From: Patescibacteria group bacterium
GTDB taxonomy: Bacteria > Patescibacteriota > JAQUNI01
Length of the DNA: 64,000 nucleotides
Direction of reading: 5' to 3'
Assembly: GCA_028717685.1 (NCBI GenBank)
Contig: JAQUNI010000001.1
Span: 481,094 to 545,093 of the forward strand
The translations under genes and the position numbers were made by a program. Below the pieces are notes generated by a model. It did not search any database. It had not been told where the DNA came from and saw only the letters and a program-made list of their open reading frames with translations. This document shows positions 49,772 to 59,787 of the stretch, piece after piece. Each line of letters starts with the position of its first letter. The stretch's first letter is position 1.

Positions 49772-50977
49772 ATGTCTAGAGTTATTGTAGATAAGCAAAA
49801 AATAGATGAACTCTTAACCCGCGGCGTGGCAGAAGTAATAGATAAAGAAAATTTGGCGAAAAAACTTTTGGCTGGAAAAAAGTTAAGAGTAAAATTAGGG
49901 ATTGACCCTACAAGTCCGAATATTCATTTGGGTCGCACGATTCCGCTTTTGAAATTGCGCGATTTTCAAGATTTAGGGCATCAGGTGGTTTTGATCATCG
50001 GCGATTTTACAGGTTTAATTGGAGATACAAGCGATAAAACTAGCGAAAGACCGATGTTATCCCATAGCGAGATTGAAAAAAATATGCAGACATATTTGGA
50101 GCAAGCGGGTAAAATTTTAGACACCAAGGCTTTTGAATTTCGCCATAACTCGGAATGGCTCAAAAAATTAAATTATTTAGAAATAGGGGAGCAGGCTGAT
50201 CTTTTTTCGATTTCTGAATTTATTACTCGGGAAAATATCAAAAAAAGGCTTAATGAAGGGAAGCGCGTTTCTTTACGCGAAGTGCTTTATCCGTTGATGC
50301 AGGGTTATGATTCCGTGGCTATAAAAGCAGATGTAGAATTAGGCGGAACCGACCAGCGCTTTAATCTCTTAGCAGGCAGAAAATTGCAAGAGCATTTTAG
50401 CCAAAAACCGCAGGATATTTTAATGAATAATTTGATTGCGGGCTTAGATGGGCGCAAGATGAGTTCATCTTGGGGCAATGTAATTAATGTCGGGGATACG
50501 CCCGAAGAAATGTTTGGCAAAATAATGAGTATGGCTGATGATTTAATTATTCCTTATTTTATCCACTGCACGCGGACGCCTTCAGAAGAAGTTGAAGAAG
50601 CCCAAAAAGCGCTTAAAGAAGGCAAAAATCCCAAAGAAATTAAGGAAAAGTTGGCTTACGAGATTACTCGGATGTACTGGGGCGAGGACGGGGCTAAAAA
50701 AGGCAAGGATAACTTTGATCTTGTTTTTTGCCAGAATAAAATTCCGGAAGATATTCCCGAGGTTAGTTTTCAAGAAAAGGAACTGGATATTTTGGATTTA
50801 TTAGTAAGGGCTAAACTCTGCAAAAGTAAAAGCGAGGCGCGGGATATGGTGGAGCAGGGAGCAGTGAAGATTGACCAAGAAATTATTCGCGATTGGAAGA
50901 TAATAATTTCTGGGTTGAACAATAAAGTTGTTCAGGTGGGGAAGAGGAAATTTTGCCGCATCAAGAATAATAAATGA
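49772..50977 (+). CDS. tyrS: Tyrosine--tRNA ligase
   Basis: GIDPT...HLG, YPLMQGYD, GGTDQ.FN, KMSSS, C-terminal S4 domain. Confidence 0.96.
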   Translation: MSRVIVDKQKIDELLTRGVAEVIDKENLAKKLLAGKKLRVKLGIDPTSPNIHLGRTIPLLKLRDFQDLGHQVVLIIGDFTGLIGDTSDKTSERPMLSHSEIEKNMQTYLEQAGKILDTKAFEFRHNSEWLKKLNYLEIGEQADLFSISEFITRENIKKRLNEGKRVSLREVLYPLMQGYDSVAIKADVELGGTDQRFNLLAGRKLQEHFSQKPQDILMNNLIAGLDGRKMSSSWGNVINVGDTPEEMFGKIMSMADDLIIPYFIHCTRTPSEEVEEAQKALKEGKNPKEIKEKLAYEITRMYWGEDGAKKGKDNFDLVFCQNKIPEDIPEVSFQEKELDILDLLVRAKLCKSKSEARDMVEQGAVKIDQEIIRDWKIIISGLNNKVVQVGKRKFCRIKNNK

Positions 50978-51076
50978 AACCTTAAAATATAAATTCTCTG
51001 ATAAAATAATATAAAAATCCGCGATTTTTATTGCGGATTGATGTTTTTTAAGATTCAGTATTAAATTTTTTGATTT

Positions 51077-51961
51077 CTAACGATCTAACAGCGCCGCTCC
51101 GATCATTCCTGCTTCGCGGCCAAGCTTGGCTTTGACGATTTTTACGCATTCACCTAAACCTTTTAAGGTGAATTTTTTTGTATTGTGAATAGCAAGATCA
51201 GCAAAATTCGCAACTTCAGACAAGCCGCCGCCGAGGACAATTATTTCGGGCTCTAAGATATTGATAATATTGGCAAGGCCTACGGCTAAATAGTTGCTTG
51301 CTTGCCTAAATATGGATTGAGCTGGCTCCAGACCGCTTTTTGCTTCTTCTTCTATGGCATAGGCATCCCGCCTAAACCCGGTGCGGTTTTCATATTCCTG
51401 GATGATGGCTGTAGCCGAAGCATACGCCTCCAGGCATCCTTTTTGGCCACAGGAGCATTTTCGTCCGTTATAATCAATAATCATATGACCAAACTCTGTC
51501 GCGGACGTGCAGACGCCGTGGTAGAGTTTGCCGTCAATGACAAGACCCCCGCCGATACCTGTGCCCAAGGTGAGTCCGGCGGCTTTTTTCTTCCCATACG
51601 CAGCGCCGTAAGTAACCTCGGCTAAGATAAAGGCATTAGTATCATTATCCAAAAAGACCTGTACTTTAAATTCTTTTTGCAGAAGACGAGCAAAATCAAT
51701 ATGCTCCAGAGCCTTTAAATTAGGCGATAAAAGATTGATTTTTTGATTAATGTCAATAATGCCGGCTTGGGCAAGGCCGATTTTTTTTACTCCAGGGACA
51801 ATAATTTTTTTAATATTTTCTTGGACAGCTTGAATCAATTCTTCTTCTTTATGGGGCGAAGAGATGGTTGTTTGCTTTAAAATTTTAAACCCCTCTTTGT
51901 TGATTTCAAGTAGACCGAAATTGGTTTTGGTGCCGCCTAGATCAATACCCACAGAAAGCAT
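51077..51961 (-). CDS. ROK-family sugar kinase
   Basis: GIDLGGT, DNDTN, TLGTGIGGG, EFGH, C.CG..GCLE. Confidence 0.9.
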   Translation of the reverse strand: MLSVGIDLGGTKTNFGLLEINKEGFKILKQTTISSPHKEEELIQAVQENIKKIIVPGVKKIGLAQAGIIDINQKINLLSPNLKALEHIDFARLLQKEFKVQVFLDNDTNAFILAEVTYGAAYGKKKAAGLTLGTGIGGGLVIDGKLYHGVCTSATEFGHMIIDYNGRKCSCGQKGCLEAYASATAIIQEYENRTGFRRDAYAIEEEAKSGLEPAQSIFRQASNYLAVGLANIINILEPEIIVLGGGLSEVANFADLAIHNTKKFTLKGLGECVKIVKAKLGREAGMIGAALLDR

Positions 51962-51965
51962 AATT

Positions 51966-54194
51966 TTATGTCCAAATTTGTTCTTTATTGTTTAGATATT
52001 TTTTTAGAGTGAGCCGCGCCAAAAGGTATGAAATTGTAGATTCCGCGCCTTGATTGAGATTGACTGAAGATTCTCTTAAACCATCGTGACAGCCGCCCGT
52101 GCTTTCGTCGTAAACCATCCGATTTAAAAGATTTTTGCCCAGAAACCAATAAAACGCGTTGATCGCTTGATTCAGATATTTTTTTTGTTTGGTAATCTTA
52201 TAACATAGAGTAAGGGCTTGAACCATTTCCGCAGCCTCTTCGGGCTGTTGGTCAAAATACGCCCTTTTGCCGCTAAGCGTATACCAACCTCTTTGACCAA
52301 TAGGAGAAAAGATTTCATTTTCAAAGGTAATAGAGCACAAAAAGTCCAAAGTTTTTTCCGCAACTTGCAAGTAATTTTGTTTTTTGGTCGCTAAATAGGC
52401 ATAAAGCAAGGCTGCGGGCAGTTTCCCGTTGGAATATGAGACTTTGCGCTCAAACCATTGCCACGAAGGGTTAGAATTCTTGCGATAAAGCGCGACAAGA
52501 GAGTTGGCTTTACGCTGTATATATTTGATGTTTTGCAGAGATGGGGCGATTTTGTGGAATTTGCAGATTCCGATTAGGGCACAGGCAATAGCGCGGGAAT
52601 ATTTCAATTTTTTAGTTGGAGGGATTGCTTTTTGGAATAAGGCTTTGGCTTTGTTTCTAATCGTTTGGGGTAAAGATTTTGTCGCAGTAATCGTCCCTAA
52701 GGCCCAGACTGCGCGGCCGTGCGCGTCTTCAGACCAATGTTTTAGGTCAATCTCTTGATTATGATTGACGAAATTGAAAAATCTACCATCATTTTTTTGC
52801 ACGTGTTGAATGAAATTTAAATATATTTTGAGCAAAGGGAGAACATTTTTTTTTCTAAAAAGCCTGTAATGATAGCAGAGAGCAATGAGGCCGCGCGCCA
52901 CATCATCCGTTGAGTATCCTGAATTTGGATCTGGCGTCGCGTGTTGCGCGAATTGGATAATACCGAAATTATCACTTAACTTTTTAAAATGCTTTAGGCT
53001 CACTTGCGGCAGTTTTTTTAGAGACTTTTGCTCAAGGCTCGAATATTGCTGAAAGATTTTGGTATAGGAGAGAGCGACATTGGGCCAGGTCATCATTCGG
53101 CTGGAGGAATAAGCCTCTTTTTCTATTTTTGTTTTTAGATCGGGATTATTCAATATCTTAAGGATGGCTTTTGCAAAGGATTGGGGATTTTTAAAATCAA
53201 CGAGAATGCCTTGGTTTTCATTTTGAATTACATCGCGCGCATGCAGGAAGGGGGTGGAGATGACAGCGCGACCGCAACCTAAAGCATAGGCTAAGGTGCC
53301 GCTTGTGATTTGATAGGGATTCAGATTAGAGGCAACATAGACATCGGTCGCTTGAAGATATTGGATAATCTCCTGCAGGGTTAAATATTTATTGTAGAAT
53401 TTAACATTATGCTGCAGTTTTAATTTTTGCACATTTTTTTCCAGAGAATTCCTGTACTCTTCGCCTTTTAAACTTCTGACCACAGGATGGGTTTCACCAA
53501 TAATTAAGTAAAGAAGATTGGGAAATTTTTCCACCACTTTAGGGAGGGCTGCGATAACATACTCATACCCTTTATCTTCACTGACTAACCCGAAGGAAGA
53601 AAGAACGATTCTGTCTTGATAACCAAGCTTGATTTTTGGCTTCAAATTCGGCACAAAGGGGACACTGGGAATTCCGTGCGGGATTATTTCAATAGCGGAT
53701 TTTATATTATAATCATTCCTTAATATTTTTATCGCGCGAGGAGTCATCACGATAAGACAGCGGGCATAGCGCGCAATAGACTGAACAATATTTTTCAAAT
53801 GGTCATCAGGATGGGGCAGCAGAGAATGAAGGGTAACCACTATGGGTTTTTGCAAGGTTTCTAGAAAAGGCACGAGGTAGCTTCCCCATTCGCCGCCGAA
53901 AATGCCGAACTCATGCTGAATGCATACTAATTTTACCTCTTTCAGGGAATTGATCTTTTTTGCAATGTCAATATACTCTTGAATATTGGATTCATTAATT
54001 TCAAAGATTACCTTCTTTTGATAATTATATATGTTTATTGCCCCTCTATTTAATGCCAGAACTTTTGTTTTTAAGCTTGGCATTTTGTTGGCAATGGCAT
54101 TTGCCAAATCGTGCGTAAAAGTCGCAATACCGCATTCGCGTGGCGGAAATGTGCCTACATACAAAATCCAAGATGGCTCTTCTTTAGTAATCAT
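51966..54194 (-). CDS. GT4 glycosyltransferase fused to a C-terminal glycosidase-like helical domain
   Basis: PPRECGIATF, QHEFGIFGG, SGTLAYA.G.G, then GYSTDD.AR, FDQQP, C.DGL, NQGAES. Confidence 0.85.
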   Translation of the reverse strand: MITKEEPSWILYVGTFPPRECGIATFTHDLANAIANKMPSLKTKVLALNRGAINIYNYQKKVIFEINESNIQEYIDIAKKINSLKEVKLVCIQHEFGIFGGEWGSYLVPFLETLQKPIVVTLHSLLPHPDDHLKNIVQSIARYARCLIVMTPRAIKILRNDYNIKSAIEIIPHGIPSVPFVPNLKPKIKLGYQDRIVLSSFGLVSEDKGYEYVIAALPKVVEKFPNLLYLIIGETHPVVRSLKGEEYRNSLEKNVQKLKLQHNVKFYNKYLTLQEIIQYLQATDVYVASNLNPYQITSGTLAYALGCGRAVISTPFLHARDVIQNENQGILVDFKNPQSFAKAILKILNNPDLKTKIEKEAYSSSRMMTWPNVALSYTKIFQQYSSLEQKSLKKLPQVSLKHFKKLSDNFGIIQFAQHATPDPNSGYSTDDVARGLIALCYHYRLFRKKNVLPLLKIYLNFIQHVQKNDGRFFNFVNHNQEIDLKHWSEDAHGRAVWALGTITATKSLPQTIRNKAKALFQKAIPPTKKLKYSRAIACALIGICKFHKIAPSLQNIKYIQRKANSLVALYRKNSNPSWQWFERKVSYSNGKLPAALLYAYLATKKQNYLQVAEKTLDFLCSITFENEIFSPIGQRGWYTLSGKRAYFDQQPEEAAEMVQALTLCYKITKQKKYLNQAINAFYWFLGKNLLNRMVYDESTGGCHDGLRESSVNLNQGAESTISYLLARLTLKKYLNNKEQIWT

Positions 54195-54333
54195 AGACAG
54201 TATTTTATCACGAAGCGATGATCCAGTCAACTTACATTAATTTTTAAGGGACCCCGCTCTTCGAATCTGAAGGCTCGTCAGAGTCTGAACGACCTGAACG
54301 ACCTAAGTTTTTTAAAATTTAGGCGGGAAAGCT

Positions 54334-55359
54334 TCAGGCATTGCGTAATAATTTCACCAAAAGTTCATCTAAATTTAAAGAAACAGCAGCAATGACCTGA
54401 TCGGCGGCGCCATAATAAATATACAGTCGACCGTCAAAAAGAGCAGTATCAGTCGGGAAAATGATGTTAGCCACATTGCCAGATTTTTCATAATCCGCCT
54501 CTGGCGAAAATAAAGGATAATCCAGCCTGCCGATTACTTTTAGCGGGTTCTGTTTATTAAGTAATGCCGCTGTAGCATGATAAATTTTGCCGTAGCTGGA
54601 ATCTTCCACGGCGTGATAAATTAAAAGCCAGCCAGCATCAGTTTCCAGGGGCGGCGCGCCGCCGCCAATATTGCGGGATTCAAAAGCATATTTCGGTTCT
54701 AAAATAACATATTCCCCCAGTTTTTTCAGATAATGCTCCCAATATTTTTTATCCATTAATTGTTCAAAGCGATCAAAAAAAATAACTTGCATACCCGGCA
54801 GAATGCGGTGGATTAACGCAAATTTTCCGTTGATTTTTTTAGGGAAAAGAAGGGCATCTTTTTCCCAGAGGATAACATCAGGGCCTACCTTGTCTTTATA
54901 ATATGATTCAAAGAAAAAGTATTTTTCTTTAAGATTATAGCTGGATTTTCGGAAAAGATCCTCGGCTTTATCATAGGTTAATTGGCACGAAATAATACCC
55001 CTCTTTTTCCATTCTTTTAAATCTTTGCTTTCCGCGTAAGCAATCCTAGCATTTTTTCCGTCAAATGCTGTGTAGGTTAGATAATAGGTGCCTTCAATAT
55101 AGGCGATGCGGGGATCCTCAATGCCTTGTTTTTCATAATCATATTCTGGACGCAAGATAGGTTCCGCCGCCCTTTCTACCACTTTTAACGGACCCTCCAG
55201 AACACAATAGCCGATTGAAGAATAGTTGTCTTTCTGGACTGCCCGATAAAACATCTTTAGAATCTTTCCCGCCTGGACTACAGCAGGGTTTGAAACAGCC
55301 TCAGTTTCATGTTTTTGTTCGGAGGGCTTTAAAATTACGCCTTCTCTCTTAATGTTCAT
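54334..55359 (-). CDS. GH130-family glycosidase/phosphorylase
   Basis: NPAV, GIEDPRI, KDA.LFP, HRI, GWLLIYH, YYGAAD. Confidence 0.88.
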   Translation of the reverse strand: MNIKREGVILKPSEQKHETEAVSNPAVVQAGKILKMFYRAVQKDNYSSIGYCVLEGPLKVVERAAEPILRPEYDYEKQGIEDPRIAYIEGTYYLTYTAFDGKNARIAYAESKDLKEWKKRGIISCQLTYDKAEDLFRKSSYNLKEKYFFFESYYKDKVGPDVILWEKDALLFPKKINGKFALIHRILPGMQVIFFDRFEQLMDKKYWEHYLKKLGEYVILEPKYAFESRNIGGGAPPLETDAGWLLIYHAVEDSSYGKIYHATAALLNKQNPLKVIGRLDYPLFSPEADYEKSGNVANIIFPTDTALFDGRLYIYYGAADQVIAAVSLNLDELLVKLLRNA

Positions 55360-55432
55360 TGTTTTTAGAATCAGTTAATTGATTTTTTTGAAATAGCCCC
55401 CAAAATTTTTTATTGGAATTTTTGGGGTTTAC

Positions 55433-56890
55433 TCAATCATCAATCATTTCAGGCTGTTCGTGCAGAGGTGTGATGTCTAGTTGCCTGTAAACCCATCGCG
55501 CGACATTATGCCCCCATTCATTGAGTTTATTGGTTCTTAAATCCAGCACGCCACGCAGAGCTAAAACGCGGAATAATCTCTGATTGGGCGTGAGTTTAGA
55601 ATTAAGGATAGGCACGCCATCGGCAATTAGAAATTCGTCTTTGGTTTTTAGATGTTTGTAATGATAGCCTTCTCGTTTAAAGATGAATTTTCCGTTTTGA
55701 TACTTATAAATCCCGGCTGCTATTTCCTTTTTGTTTTCCGCCCATTTATAAAGGAGGTTATGCAGGATCATCTGGCTGCCAATTTTCGGTCGGCGGATAT
55801 TGCGATTGACCTTGTTAATATCAATGCGGTAATTAGCCTTTAAAAATTCCAGGACGTGGAATCCCAAAAGAGGTGGTTCTCCATTGGCAATTTGGACCAT
55901 AGGAAGGCAGGGAAAAGAGCCTAGAAGGCGAGGATTACATTCCACGACATAAAGCTTCTCGGTTTCTTTTTCAAGGAGCATATCCAATCCAAAGATTCCT
56001 TTGTAACGCAGGCCAGAGAGATGAGAACCGATTTTTTCCGCGATTATATTGGCTTGTCTCTGGACCTTTTCATTAAATACTGCCTGCGTCCAGTCGTGTC
56101 CAGAGAATAAACCCGAACCTTTTTTGAGATTCCAGAGTTCAGGTATGTCTAGGAGTTGAAATTGGAGTCCAGTTGAAATAATTCCTTCTCTGGTTACACA
56201 ACCGGTTAGGCTAGGGGATGGACCGTGGATAAATTTCGTAATCACAACTTCGGGCGGGGTTTCATATTCCTGCACGCGGCTGTGGTTAATGAAATTATTA
56301 TAGTCCTCTTTATTATTAATAAAAAAAGTTCCTTTCCCGCCGCCGCGATCAGGAAGCTGGATTACAAAATGCGGCCCATATTTTTTATTAAGCGCGTCAA
56401 AATCTATTTTTGAAAGATTATCGGTTTCACCAGGGATTAAGTCAATGTCGCATTTTTTTAAGATATCTCGGAAATAAACTTTGTTTTCCAAACTTTTTTT
56501 GCCAAATTCCGGTGAATTGTTAAGTATGGTCCAGCCATGTTTTTTGGATTCCGCCATAATCTTGTCAGTAGTTTTGTAAAAGAGCAGGGCTGGCTTCTCC
56601 GGCAGTTTTTTTAAATACTTTTGGGTACGGCGGTTCAAAATAATAGAAGTAGCGTTACGGTTGCATTTCAGATGTTTTGTCGGTCTGCCTCGTTCCAAGG
56701 AATAAACAGAAATGTCTTTTTCAATCGCTGGCGTGTCTAAGCTATATCTTAGGCAGACTATCTTGTAGTTTGGGACGATGTCTTCCAAACCAGTACGATT
56801 AAAAGCAGTTACGCCGACACCAACAATCGGTTTTTTGATGGTCTGAAATACTGCTTTCAAGTCTTGGAGGTTGGTAACACGAATGGCCAT
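55433..56890 (-). CDS. ATP-grasp amide/peptide ligase (PGM1-like)
   Basis: ENK..FR, GG.GTFF, YKGIFGLD, VECNPRL.G. Confidence 0.7.
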   Translation of the reverse strand: MAIRVTNLQDLKAVFQTIKKPIVGVGVTAFNRTGLEDIVPNYKIVCLRYSLDTPAIEKDISVYSLERGRPTKHLKCNRNATSIILNRRTQKYLKKLPEKPALLFYKTTDKIMAESKKHGWTILNNSPEFGKKSLENKVYFRDILKKCDIDLIPGETDNLSKIDFDALNKKYGPHFVIQLPDRGGGKGTFFINNKEDYNNFINHSRVQEYETPPEVVITKFIHGPSPSLTGCVTREGIISTGLQFQLLDIPELWNLKKGSGLFSGHDWTQAVFNEKVQRQANIIAEKIGSHLSGLRYKGIFGLDMLLEKETEKLYVVECNPRLLGSFPCLPMVQIANGEPPLLGFHVLEFLKANYRIDINKVNRNIRRPKIGSQMILHNLLYKWAENKKEIAAGIYKYQNGKFIFKREGYHYKHLKTKDEFLIADGVPILNSKLTPNQRLFRVLALRGVLDLRTNKLNEWGHNVARWVYRQLDITPLHEQPEMIDD

Positions 56891-56895
56891 ATTTT

Positions 56896-58194
56896 TTATT
56901 TAATAAATTTACTTTGTATGATTTTTATTAACTCCTTTTTAAAAATATCAAAAGCGGAGATTAAACCAATATTTTTATAATTGATAAAATGTTGTTTTAA
57001 AAATGTGAATTCCACTAAATCGAATTTACCTTGGCTAAGGCGATCAAGCAAAATAAAGGTTTGCTTTAAATCAAGATTCTCTTGTTTTATTAAGGCATTG
57101 ATTTCTTTTAAACCAAAAAAATAAAGACTGTCATGGTAATTGGCGCCTTTAACTGCGCTTGACCGCAAGCCTCTCTTGGCGCGCAGGGTTAAGTCCCATG
57201 CCAGGTCGTTATTGATATTCAATTTAGTTAAAGTGATAAACGTTTGATAAAAAGATTTCTTTCGGGCTAGTAAAATAGTTTTAAGGCGCAGATGGGGAAT
57301 AAGGCTTTCACGACGGCTGCGTGCTTGAGGCGTTAAGAACTTTTGCAGTTCTTGATAAGCCAGTTCGCCTATTTTTACAGCAATGCCCTCTTCTTTCCTA
57401 ACGCTCGCGCTAGAGTTGTGGCGGGCGAAAAAAGCAGGATATTTCCGGGCGTTAGTAGAGATTAAAGCGTGGCCCAGGACTTCATGGGCTAGGCTGCGGA
57501 TGATCCTGGCGGGTGAACGCAAGGTACAAATCCCGACTTTAATATTTTTTCTGCTCGTGATAATTCCCTGGAGACGGCTATCTATCGCCGAGATTTTTGC
57601 CCTGTGTTTTAAACCTAGTTTAGAAAGGATTTTTTGCGCGAAATAGACAGTTTCATAGGCCTCAATAATTTCTTGTTTATTACGGGGGAATGACAATTTA
57701 GCAGGGAGTCCTGAATGCTTTATTTTTTTAAATTCATAATATTCTCTGCTCGCTAGTGAAAAGCCTTTCTTTTGGCTCAAAGAATTAAGAATAATCGCCT
57801 TCTCGGCATCAAAGATGCGGCGTTGGTAAATCTGACCTAGGGCTGACTTGTCACTCTCTACCTCCCGCCGGAAAGCGTTTAATTTTTTAACTAGGGCAGC
57901 TGCTTTATCAAAAGTGAGGGGAGAGCTTTTTTTGTAGTGAAATGCGGGATTATAGATTTTGTTTTCATAAAGCGCGCGAAAGAATTTTTTTTGTTCACTC
58001 AATTCATTGGTAATCGCGTGGAGGGAATAGGTTTTAGTGAATTTTTGGGCTAGAGATTTTAGTCTTTGGTGGTATTCCCTGTCTTTTTGACGACTGTATT
58101 GGTTCGCGGTAATAATTTGAGGAATTTTCCCCTTGTTGATCTTAATATATTCTTTCACCCATCGCAGATAAGATTTAGAGTCAAAGTGGGTCAT
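56896..58194 (-). CDS. DUF1704 / MATCAP-like metallocarboxypeptidase
   Basis: YNP.F.Y, HEVLGH (HExxxH), EEGIA, R.KRG, D..Y..G. Confidence 0.7.
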   Translation of the reverse strand: MTHFDSKSYLRWVKEYIKINKGKIPQIITANQYSRQKDREYHQRLKSLAQKFTKTYSLHAITNELSEQKKFFRALYENKIYNPAFHYKKSSPLTFDKAAALVKKLNAFRREVESDKSALGQIYQRRIFDAEKAIILNSLSQKKGFSLASREYYEFKKIKHSGLPAKLSFPRNKQEIIEAYETVYFAQKILSKLGLKHRAKISAIDSRLQGIITSRKNIKVGICTLRSPARIIRSLAHEVLGHALISTNARKYPAFFARHNSSASVRKEEGIAVKIGELAYQELQKFLTPQARSRRESLIPHLRLKTILLARKKSFYQTFITLTKLNINNDLAWDLTLRAKRGLRSSAVKGANYHDSLYFFGLKEINALIKQENLDLKQTFILLDRLSQGKFDLVEFTFLKQHFINYKNIGLISAFDIFKKELIKIIQSKFIK

Positions 58195-58234
58195 TGATTT
58201 TAAGTGAATTTTAACTGCGTATAGCTCCTCTAAC

Positions 58235-59650
58235 TTAATGCGTTTTAGCTATTTTATGCGGATCAACCAAAAATCTTTTTAAATCTTTGCGGCCAATAAT
58301 CATTGGATATTTTAAATGCCTTCGTTTGACAATGGAAACAGCGGTTTTTACTTTCATGCCCGCCAGCACAAAGGTTAAAGGAACCATTACGCGATAGGTA
58401 GTGCCATGGGCGGAATGGATAATAATTGTGTTTACTATTTCTTTGTAATTGCTCAACACCTCTTCCTCAACCTCCTGGGCTATTATTTTTGCCTGCTCGG
58501 GCGAAAGGGGAGTATTAAAATGGTATTTTCCAATCGCTTCCAGGGCGTTGTCAAAACCTAAAATACGGGCAAGCTCGGTGCTAATTGAACTATAGCCCGC
58601 TCCCGTATCAATTTTAGCTTGGATTTGATATTGTTCTCCATTTTTGGTAAAAAGAATAATTGGTTCGCTGGAACCCACGATATATTTACCGCCTTTTTCA
58701 TCTCTTTTGGCTTCTTCTATATCACCACCAAAGAGTTCTTGCGCGATGCGGATGCCTTTTTCTGCGGTTTTAATTTTTAAGCCCCGCACCCTTTCCAATC
58801 TTTCTTTCAAAGGGGAGAGATTGGCGATTTGGATAGAAAGACCGGGCCTAGCATTTACTTCAAGGAGCACCGGGCCTCGATCGCGATCCAGAACTATATC
58901 TGCCCCTAGATACCCTAATCCTGAAGCAATCTGCGCTTCTACAGCGAGCTTTAAGATTTGTTTCCAGTGGGGAATTTTGATGTTTGAGAGCGCGCGATTG
59001 GTGCCAGGGATATTTTTTAACACTTGGTCATCTTGGATTGCGGTTGTGGTCATGCCCGTGGCAATATCAATACCCACCCCAATACCCCCAAGATGAAGAT
59101 TGGCTTTGCCTTCGGAACGCCGCGTGGGCAGGCGAAGCATTGCCATTAAAGGCATTTTATTGTAGATGATAATGCGGACATCAGGCGTGCCGCGGTAGCA
59201 TAAGCGGCGGAATTTTTTAGTTTTTTTGAGTCTTTCCTCAAAGAAGGCGATATCCGGATCGCCAGAAATAGAATAACGTCCGTCCAAAATATCTTGAATA
59301 TGAGCTTTAAAATCGGCAATTGTGGCTTCTCCCCCCGATGATTTAATCCAGTTGCTGTTTTTTTTGCGGCCATAGATTACCATAATTCCACCTCCCCCTA
59401 AACCCATATTGGGTTTTAACACAAAACTGGAGGGAAGAGTCTCCCAAGAGAAATGGTCTAGATCAGTGCGGTTCGCGATGACGCCGTATAATTTTGGTAC
59501 GGGAATGCCCACCTTCTGCAGAATATGTTTGGTTTTTAGTTTGTTATTCGCGAGCCGAATCGCGCGGCGGTTGTTACTCGGACGAATATAGTCAAAATTG
59601 CGGGCATTCATACCTAAGATACTTTGAGCAGTTTTAAGATATTGAAACAT
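58235..59650 (-). CDS. Alpha-L-glutamate ligase-like ATP-grasp protein fused to a RimK-associated aspartyl protease domain
   Basis: LGMNARN, FVLKP..G.GG.GI, MAMLRLPT..S.GKANLH.G, LEVNARPGL.IQIAN; C-terminal AKIDTGA and IIGR. Confidence 0.85.
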   Translation of the reverse strand: MFQYLKTAQSILGMNARNFDYIRPSNNRRAIRLANNKLKTKHILQKVGIPVPKLYGVIANRTDLDHFSWETLPSSFVLKPNMGLGGGGIMVIYGRKKNSNWIKSSGGEATIADFKAHIQDILDGRYSISGDPDIAFFEERLKKTKKFRRLCYRGTPDVRIIIYNKMPLMAMLRLPTRRSEGKANLHLGGIGVGIDIATGMTTTAIQDDQVLKNIPGTNRALSNIKIPHWKQILKLAVEAQIASGLGYLGADIVLDRDRGPVLLEVNARPGLSIQIANLSPLKERLERVRGLKIKTAEKGIRIAQELFGGDIEEAKRDEKGGKYIVGSSEPIILFTKNGEQYQIQAKIDTGAGYSSISTELARILGFDNALEAIGKYHFNTPLSPEQAKIIAQEVEEEVLSNYKEIVNTIIIHSAHGTTYRVMVPLTFVLAGMKVKTAVSIVKRRHLKYPMIIGRKDLKRFLVDPHKIAKTH

Positions 59651-59787
59651 AGGTAAAATTTTAAATTTTCAAGCACCAATTTTCAATGAAATCAAAAAGC
59701 ACCAAATTCCAAACAAAACATTTTTTGTTTGGTTGAAAATTGGAATTTGGAACTTCATTGCAATTTGAAAATTGAAAATTAGAAATT

